A stretch of DNA of 63,432 nucleotides, the filler included, from Choristocarpus tenellus KU-1152 (taxonomy: Eukaryota; Protista; Phaeophyceae), in the NCBI GenBank assembly GCA_964200185.2. It is 9 parts of 9 records of this genome, joined end to end, with 100 filler letters (N's around TTAATTAATTAA, not from the genome) between each part and the next. Parts side by side here need not be neighbours in the genome. Positions count along the whole stretch, not along the records: positions 50,067 to 55,456 come from CAXNAD020010944.1; positions 55,557 to 63,432 come from CAXNAD020005458.1; 7 more parts are not named here. One strand, 5' to 3'. Position numbers and translations under genes: made by a program. Position 1 is the stretch's first letter; every line of letters starts with the position of its first letter. Shown piece by piece: positions 54,610-63,432 of the stretch. The notes below the pieces were generated by a model, which was not told the DNA's origin, did not search any database, and was given only the letters and a program-made list of their open reading frames with translations.

Positions 54610-55133
54610 GAGTGGAAGCATCTTAGAGGGTACGAGTTTTGCTCTGTTTGTCCGTTAGGGGCTTGGCTTCCCACGTTTTTTTTTAATGACAATTTCCTAC
54701 TCCGAAATGTTTCGGAGGAGGTAAAATGTACACATTATGAAAAGCTGTGTGAGTCAAAGTATCTTAGAGGGTAGGGTCGCGTCCGATTGGGGGTCAAAAT
54801 CCAATGTTGCGATTTTGAGGTAGTTTTGGCTCTCCTTTTTGTTAGGAAGTGTCAATATCCTTGTTCTGGACACACCTTTTCATAACGTATACATTTTATC
54901 TACTCCGAAATGTTTCAGAGTAGGAAAAATGCCATAAAAAAACCCCTTGGGAAGCCATGCCCCAAACGGACAAACAGTTCAAAACTCGTACCCTCTAAGA
55001 TACTTTCAATCTGTCCAGAACAAGGATATTGGCAATTCCTAACAAACACGATAGCCTATATTACCCTCAAAATCGCAACATTGGATTTTGGACCGAAACG
55101 GACGTGGTTCTACCCTCTTAGTTACTTTGACTT
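54610..55133 (-). mobile_element. MITE copy C (reverse orientation), interrupted by copy D
   Basis: Segments 54610-54750 and 55012-55133 rejoin to the reverse complement of the family consensus. Confidence 0.8.
54751..55011 (+). mobile_element. MITE copy D nested within copy C
   Basis: Full-length copy gagtcaaagtatcttagagggt ... taccctctaagatactttcaatc, flanked by tgt on both sides. Confidence 0.85.
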
Positions 55134-55348
55134 GTTTTGAAGTGAAAGGGCTGCCACCGGTCGAAATTTTGGGTTCATAATCCATGAAAGATAAAGTCGA
55201 TTGGGTGACAAAGTGTAGAACATATGGTGATGCTCTGAACAAATCATGTTGCAATGATACGAACACAATCTTGGACTGGTAAGATGAAAAGAGAAGTACG
55301 GAGATAGTGAGCGTATGCTTCATAGTATCTCTTTAAGACAATCCATCT

Positions 55349-55456
55349 GGGTCAAAGTATCTGTGGGGGAGTGTCGGCGTCCATTTTTTTGGTGTGATTT
55401 GGTCGCACGTGTCGGATTTGAAATGTCAGCAAAAAAAAGAGTTGTTTGACCGAAAC
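55349..55456 (+). mobile_element. Terminus of the same element at a contig end
   Basis: gggtcaaagtatctgtgggggagtgtcggcgtccattttt. Confidence 0.7.
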
Positions 55457-55556
55457 NNNNNNNNNNNNNNNNNNNNNNNNNNNNNNNNNNNNNNNNNNNN
55501 TTAATTAATTAANNNNNNNNNNNNNNNNNNNNNNNNNNNNNNNNNNNNNNNNNNNN

Positions 55557-58500
55557 ATCCACATGCCGCCCCCCCCCCACCCTCCCCCCCCCTTCCCTCT
55601 ACCTCACCTCTACTGCCCAGGCTTCCCTGATCCCTCAGTATACGGCAATCTCCATCTGACCCTTCCATGGATTGGGACGCCTGGGTGAAAGAAAGGGCAA
55701 GATGTAGGGGTAGGTATTCATCACTACTCCTCCGTTCTCTTGATCTCTCCCTAGATTCACCCACCCCAGACCCAGCGCTCTGGCTTCCATGGCTAGAGCT
55801 TTGCCTGGAGTGAACCCTAGGACAAGGGGGGGTGGTGACGGATACCTGTGAAGTATCACCTCCACGAGACGGTGTTTGGGACAAGCTCATTTGCAATGAC
55901 AGGCAAGCGCTCTCGCCTGTTGCAGGGAAAAAGTCTGCCTCATCCCCTTGTCCATGGTCCTGCTGGTGCAGTGATTGGACTGAAGTGTCACTAGCTGGGG
56001 GTGGCCCATAATTAGCTCCCATTCCGAATGCTGCCCTGCTTGTCACAGTCTCAATTTTGTTGCAGGCATGATCTGCGCCAGAGACCCTTGACTCCTTCAG
56101 TGGATAGTAAGTTGTGGATAATTACACACGTTGGATGGATCATTGTTCAACTCGTTTGTGCTTCAAAAATCAGCAGGAAAATTATATATACACATCTTGT
56201 GTGTGTGAAGGTTGAAAGAGTGGTGAAATTGTACAAATTATTTCTACCTAGGAAATTTGTACTGAGTAAACTCAACGTTGAGCAATGATCTACAAGATCC
56301 CGATTTGTCAATATAACCTAGTTAGTTGAATACCATCTACACATGATTTGTCCCTATGGGTGGAGAGAAGATAATTATGTATTGGTGATCTGTCCCAAGC
56401 TCATCTTTCACATCCAAATCTTACGTTGTGATTTAATAGGAAAGAACAATCGTGTATGAACCTCAGATTCCTACTACTGCAATTATGTATAGTCAATACC
56501 TGGTTCCTTTCTTGTTCAATGACAGTACAAATAATATCGCCTCCCTTTCTAAACTGGCACGTTGTGGAAGCCCCAGTAGGGTCCTGGGTGACATGACTCC
56601 CCTAGTGTGTCATGTTGGTGTCTCTTAAATTGTACAAGTTGAAAACATGTACCCATAGATTATTCCGTATATTGGTGGTCGATGCTCGAATTTTGCGTAT
56701 CAGTACCATAACCCCTCTGGTAAACAACATGTGCAAATATAAGTCGGTACGATTCCTCATATGTGAATTTTTTACAATTTTTTGTTGTACCACTCCCTCA
56801 TCCATGAAACATGTACAAACAGTTTTACATACCACTCTCCTATCTTCGAAATATGTACAAGTAAACGGTTCCCTGATACAAAAAACAACGATTTCAATCC
56901 CTCCACAATGATTAGTGCTTGTGAGCACAAGTTGTACAAATCACAGGGTGTTGGTTTGACAACATCTCATAAGGTTGTCAGGAAATTTGTCCCACACCAC
57001 TCTCAGAAATATTAATGGGTACAAATAATATCATTCCACAAAGAAAGGGCCAACTCCTCAATCTTTGATTTGTGAGGATGTGCATCAGTCCACAAAACTC
57101 ATATTTATGACAGCAACAGCCATTGATTTGTCTGAAATTGGTTTGTCCTACATGTGGATAGCTATCAGTACATTTATACATATAGTTCTTTAGTATACAC
57201 ATTGGTGATGTATTGTTTAGGGTCAATCAGTGCTGCTGCTTGTTGCCATGACAACCCCCTCTTACTCCCAACCTTGCCAAATACTAGTTTTTACTAGTGA
57301 CAGAAACTCATCTGATTTACCCCCATCCCACAATGGAAGGACTGACCTGGGAGGACTTCCGAGCATCATAGCTGGGAGGAACACCCTCATCTCTCTGACA
57401 TGGTTTCCACTTCTGTCCTCTCTCAGGTGTAGAGAATCCATACAATCCGGTACCCACTGAGGGGGAGGTGGCGGGTGGCAAGAGACCTAGGGAGATAGGC
57501 AGTCCTGTTCTGCAGCGACTAAGGACTGGTGGTATTGCTGTGTGGCGAGAGAGAGGTGTAGTGGGTGTTGTTTGTACGCCGCCGGCTGAGGATGGTGTGT
57601 TTGGGCCTGGTAAAGTTGTTTCCAGATTATTCTTGGGAAGATCAGATTTTGTAGGACGGGTGAATAATGAGCCGAGTGTCACCAGGTCTCCCTGTGTGTA
57701 AGGACATCAATGGAGGAGATGTATGATGGGAGAAGAGATGAAAAGTCTTTGACCAGCAACTTAAAGCGTTACAGGTTGTGGCTTCGATTGTAGTAGAATG
57801 AGGCGTTTATACTGCAATAGGAAGCAGACAACAAGGAATCTAGTGGGCATCCCATGTCCATTATGCCAAGAAAAGGAAGAGAAAGGTACAGGCACAGTTA
57901 GACAGGTCTGGGAACAGTTGAACTATGAAAACAAATACTATAGTGATATGTACTCTTTCACATACTGGTGGGATACAATCCTAACCCTAAAGTTGCAACA
58001 CAAATGTACACTTAAGTTAGGAGTTCGGTGTGTTCTGTTGTGAGTCACAACAATACATCTAATACTACCCCTAGCCAACGATTTCAAGTTTATAGTGACA
58101 AACTTTGCATACATATTGGTGATTGGTGATTGTATTGTAGAGCAAAGGTCTCCCACTGCACAAAAGCTGAAGTAAACTGTTTCATTAACTACACACATCA
58201 CATTAGCTGAAGTGTTCGTATCATTTTTTTGTCAGCAGGAGGATCATACTGAGAGGTTGGTGCCTAGACACAACAAATACATGGGCAAGACATTGGCTGA
58301 CAGGTGGAACAAGGACCTGACTGTAAAATCGAGAAAGTATGGCATCAAACACATTGCTGGAAAAAAGAGTACTCTGCAATACCTGCTCATCTAAGTTGCC
58401 ATCATCCACATCCATTTGGCGCCCTACTTCAGCAGTGGCGCTCACTTCCTCGTAGAGATCAAAGCACCTACCAGTACTGTCTAGAGGTGAAGGACCTCGA

Positions 58501-59372
58501 GTGGAAGCCTTCGCACCTGCCATGTATGGTCAAAGTGTTGGGATTTTTCTATGATACTCTTCTGAGGAAAGGCAGCGGAGCATTTAGGAGCATATTAGAG
58601 GTATGCTGACGGAAGAGCAGGAGAGAGCGCCAGTAGCAACTTTCAGGACACCCTACCAATCGTACAAAAAATCCATAAAGATATGTCCCAACCATAACAG
58701 ACAACTAAACAGAAAAAATAGTGGCAGTCAATATTGTGGAGTACCAGCCCACTTTGAAAATAAGTCTCAATACAGTCTAATCAAAGGGAAGGTGTCGGTG
58801 ACACGTTGAGAGTTTGACGTTAAGCTACATATTATTGGTATATTTCTTCGAGAAAGTAGAGATGGATGATACATGAAGATCGAAGGATAGCACATCACAA
58901 GAGGGACACAATATATCACAACCAACTTGCAGTCCTACAGCGTCAATTCTTCCTCTCGAAGATGCAACTTCAGCTTGTGAGCACCTTGGACTCCTGGGAC
59001 CGGATGAGAGCATAAGGCCAGACTATCCGCAAGCTGCACGTTTGCCTTGCTCCAGACGTCACCCTGCTGACATCGTGAAGTCACCCCACCCCCACTCTTG
59101 TCCTCATCTCCATCATGACGAGCATGATCCTCCTCCACGTCTAGAGTGTCCACGATCTGGGAGAATGTGACATTCTCGAGAAGGCTAGCGAAAGGGCCAA
59201 GTGAAACACCATCTTGGCAAACACGTCGGTCACAGTAGGAACGGTTTACATTAGTATCGCTTCCCGCCAAAGGGACCTCTATCTGGACTGGGCTCTTTTG
59301 TGAAGGCGAGGGGGCGGTATACTCAAATGCCATGCCTTCATCGAGGTCGGGGGAGATGAGAGGTTCCTCCAT
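55557..59372 (-). CDS. Unknown Ser/Gln/acidic-rich protein, multi-exon, 3'-partial
   Basis: ATG at 59372 opens a 145-aa ORF. Further low-complexity coding-like segments lie at ~58300-58520, 57340-57695 and 55557-56100; exact junctions are uncertain. Confidence 0.6.
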
Positions 59373-59635
59373 TTCCCAATCTTTCTCTCACGTCGCCCCT
59401 TCCCGTTCATACCTGGTAGTCGTGACACTCATATCAATGATTGCGTCCCCTAATTTGAGTTTTTGAAATGGAAAAAATATAATATTTCCATGGCGTTTAA
59501 ACTGAGTATGGTATGGTAACAGTGCCTGTGGTTGAGGTGTTTGCGACAAGAACTAGCGATCCGCAGAGGTGGTGATCCCAGCACTAAAACATTGCATAAA
59601 CTGCTCTCAGGGTTTTGGTAGGATACTGTCGAGGT
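59373..59635. promoter_or_regulatory. Compact 263-bp bidirectional promoter region
   Basis: Divergent ATGs at 59372 (-) and 59636 (+, DBR1). Confidence 0.55.
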
Positions 59636-62600
59636 ATGGGTGGTGATGATGGTAAGGAAGGAAGCAGGAAGCTTAACATCGTTGTGGAGGGGTGCTGTCA
59701 TGGAGAGTTGGACAACATTTACGCCTCGGTCAAGAAGCTCGAACTGGTATGTCGAATAGCAAAGCCTCGCCCTTCATTGCAGCGATCCGTTTTGATGCAG
59801 GTAGAAATGTGATGCCGTTGTCTAGAACTGCAGGCTTGTCCTTATCGTCGATGGCAAATCGCTGGACTTCCTGAGTTGGATGGTGTGATGAAGCACGTAT
59901 TTCAGGACCCTACAATTGGACTTCGATTTTCTCCCTTCCGACCGTACATGAGAATATCTATGGAGTCAGAGCTTTGCTAAGCCATCTGTCTGAACTGGAA
60001 TGCGAAGATCACACACACCATATCCAACAATTTATCTTCCTTCAACTCTCCCACTCCACACCTTGTCGCTCCACAGACTCAAGGCGTAAAGGTTGACCTT
60101 CTAATCTGCTGTGGTGACTTTCAGTGCTTACGTAACTCTCACGACTTTGAGGGTATCGCCTGCCCACCTAAGTACCGGGCGCTGGTGAGATTCGAATCCC
60201 ACACCTCCTTTCAAGGTGGAAGGGTTTTGGTCATGGATACATGAACGTAGTAATCCGTCTGGGTCTGAGGGACTGTCATGATCAAAGGGAGAGTGGAGCT
60301 ATCCATCCCTTGATTGCATCGAAGTGTGAGGAATAGAGGGTGTGCTTTCTGCTTCTGAACATTGTTATGTCAATGGTTCCTGGCATACCTCGAACGTGTC
60401 GAGGTTTAGTATTTTTGTTCGTTTCAACTTCACCAATCATGAAGCAAACACTTAAAATCACAATTCCTTGCCAATAGTTTCAAAGCGACATTGCAGACAG
60501 ATTTATTGCACCTCAGAAAGCGGCGATGGCATTAAGGGTGGGCCAGAATTCGGTAATTACCTTTCAGGCTATGTCCCAGGTCATGGCATACACCTCCTCC
60601 TTACTGGCCCCACTTCACGTTTCATTGTTTGACTCCTGTTATCCCTCCTATCCCTCTTGCTTGGTGCTACCATGGCCTTGCATGTCTATTCTATCAGGGT
60701 TCGTTTCACAAATACTATAGAGGGGAATTAGTGGCGCCAGTTCTGACCATCTTCATCGGGGGAAATCATGAGGCCTCATCCTACCTACAGGTGACAATAG
60801 ATCTGTGTAAGACCTCTATTTTAATGTTGCCCTGAGAGCAAACTCACTATACTAGGTGATGGTGCTTCAAAATGTCAAAACCCATCCCAATCTCTGTGTG
60901 TGTATGCGATTGTCCCTGTAGGAACTGCACTATGGAGGATGGGTGGCTCCAAACATTTACTTTTTGGGCATGGCAGGTGTGATTCGCGTTGGGGGGGTTC
61001 GCATCGGAGGGCTCACTGGGATATTCAATGCAAGGTGTGCCGAGGGAAAGAGTGTGTGGCATGCAATTGCACTATGCTACTGATCATCCCCATGCCCACT
61101 AGTCAACCTATGGCAGTCTTCAAAATACCTTCAGCGCTTACCGTATAGCGATAGACCTTCCTCTTTGCAATTTGTCTAAAACGATAATTGTGCCATTGTT
61201 GTTCTCTAGTCCATTGTCTGATACGTGGTCATGATTTCATGATTATTTTGACTCCTGTCTCTAGGCTCATCCTTTGTTGTTTGCAACGATAAACCAAATG
61301 GCATCTCTTTTACCACCCCTCTTCACAATTGTTTGTTTCCTCTTCAACATTCATTCCATAGACCCCATCTGATTGTTTCAACCCATTCTAACTTAACTGA
61401 AGACAATGATGAACATAGTTGAGAAATATCCCCAAAATGTTAGGAGCTACTCAATGGGGCGACACGAGTGCCCACCATACACCAAGGACACATTGAGATC
61501 AGTTTACTATGTTCGAGAGCTTGAGGTCTTCAAGATGTCGCAGGTAATGCCTAACTACCTCACTTGGGGGATGGGAGGTCTGAAATGTGTAAGGAAGCAT
61601 ACATATCTCAGGCCTACCAGATTTGCCAATATTGTTGTGTAGTAAATCATAGGGACTCAATTGCTATGATTTGATTGGATATTGATTTCGAAACTGAAAA
61701 TTGAGGATTGAGGGGTAATTTTTGATCGACCTTTTTTATTTTGTGCAAATATGCACGGCGTAGAGCTTGGAAACTCGCACAACTTGATTTGTACACTGGA
61801 TGTATGTTTCAATTGTGGTCAACTTCATGGAATATTGTTGACCTGATTTTATCTTTTTTTATTCATACCCATGAGCGCTTTTGATCCACGACACTACAGC
61901 ATGGCATGTCGTAATGCCAGCACATGTAGGAGCTCTGCAGAGTACAATAGGAACCGTGGTGCATGTGGGGAGACCTAAAACAACAATAGCTGATAGCATT
62001 GTTGTGAGAAATGTGATGAGGGTGGAGTTGTCTGATGTTCTCAATGATTTGTGTTTTGTTCGACATCTAAATTGCACGAAATATGACTGGTTCTGTGAAA
62101 TTGGCTTTTTTCTGGTGCTCTTTAATCTCAGTATCCAGGTGATAGTACAATCCGCACACTTATCTCCTAAGGGTTCCAAGGTATCGAACTCCACCACAGT
62201 AGGATCGCAACTTTACTTCGACAAGACTCAGAATTTTTCTTAAAGTGGTCTAAAGTGTATTCAACGAGAGATGGGCAATTTTTCTGGGTTCCTTGTAGTC
62301 AGGAGTAAAGGAGGTGCTTGTAAAAAAAGCACAAGAAAAAGATGGTATGCTATGCTCTGCCCACGGAAGCGAAGGCGTTTGTCATTTTGATGAGTTCCAA
62401 CTGTTTCCGAAAATATAATTGAACGATTTTTGCCTGGTGAATGATTTTTGGAGGCGTTGGTCTTGGATGCAACCGGTCGGCGCTTTGTTTCCTTTTTCTT
62501 ATTAGCTGACAGGTCACCTAGACATTGGACTGTCCCACGACTGGCCCCGAGGGATTGTTAGCTACGGGGATGCTGACTCCTTGTTCAGGAAGAAGTCATT

Positions 62601-63287
62601 CCTTAGGGATGAGGTGAGAGGACAACAAGAAAATGCTAAGGAACATAAATGGGCATTATTGTTTGATTTTGTTACTCCGGGCGAAGACTTCGTGGCAATG
62701 CTATGGTTGAACCCCTGCTACCACCCCCATGATATTTTTCCACCTGGCATCACCCTCACGTTCAACATTTGTTGAGTTGAGATTATTGTGTTGGTCTTTG
62801 TACTTCACGGGAGGATATATATATTTTTTTATTACTTTTCCGAGGAGTAAACGCACAGATTTTGTTTCAAACGGTTTGAGGCTGCAGTTTCCTCTTTATG
62901 ACATTGTATACAATGGGTGATGAGGTCGAGACGCTCTTTATGGATCCTTCTTTGTTTTTTTCCTGCTCGGAGTCCTTTTTTTTTTAGTGAGAAACAGCTG
63001 TTCTACAGGCTATGTACCTTTCACACACACACACACCACCCCATGGCCCTGCTACTTAAGGTCAATGACAATTCCTTGGGCAGCCCTGCGGCGGAGCACC
63101 TTCTTCACAAGCTTCAGCCAGACTACTGGTTTTCCGCACACCTTCATGTCAAGTTCCCTGCAGTGGTGCCACATGCCTCTCCAAGGGAGGGACAAGGGAG
63201 GCCCGGAGGGGTTTCGATCCCTGGGCCTATGGGGGGCTCCCAGGGACTCACAAGATTCTTGTCATTGGACAAGTGCCTTCCAAAGAG
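59636..63287 (+). CDS. DBR1: RNA lariat debranching enzyme, 3'-partial, 7 exons seen
   Basis: Exons 59636-59746, 60077-60184, 60698-60790, 60922-61034, 61444-61543, 62506-62613 and 63061-63287. They give [68 protein letters not shown] and [11 protein letters not shown]. Confidence 0.96.
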
Positions 63288-63343
63288 GTGAGTACAAGTT
63301 GGAGTGGTCAGTGGAGATTGTGGGAGTTGGGGGTCACGTGCTA

Positions 63344-63432
63344 GGGTCAAAGTATCTGGGGGGGGGGGGGGGGGTTTGGGAGGGGGCATCCGTTTTGGTT
63401 AAACAACTCTTTTTTATTGCTTACATTTCAAA
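63344..63432 (+). mobile_element. Terminus of the same element in a DBR1 intron at the window end
   Basis: gggtcaaagtatctggggggggg...ggcatccgtttt. Confidence 0.65.

Overview
This is eukaryotic, intron-rich nuclear DNA; the gene style suggests a stramenopile or brown-alga-like organism (inference). It is not one locus: nine contigs are joined by artificial 100-nt linkers (N-run, TTAATTAATTAA, N-run). Hand-spliced GT-AG gene models give alpha-tubulin acetyltransferase (ATAT1/MEC-17), head-to-head with a 14-exon, ~1578-aa chromatin protein of architecture PHD - AP2 - PHD - RING-like Zn finger - bromodomain - SET1-like SET/post-SET. Other genes are adenosine kinase, an adrenodoxin-type ferredoxin, lariat debranching enzyme DBR1 (all three 3'-partial) and several unknowns, including a 1066-aa single-exon ORF. 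Mobile DNA includes degraded RTE-like LINEs, an intron-containing Sola2-like transposase pseudogene, and a ~260-bp GAG...CTC MITE family with one copy nested in another. A related GGG-terminus element sits at many contig ends; there is also a pogo/Tigger HTH remnant and further MITE-like elements. The most notable observations are the AP2-containing SET methyltransferase, the putative Sola2 transposase/MITE system, and a CpG-island-like contrast between promoters and gene bodies.
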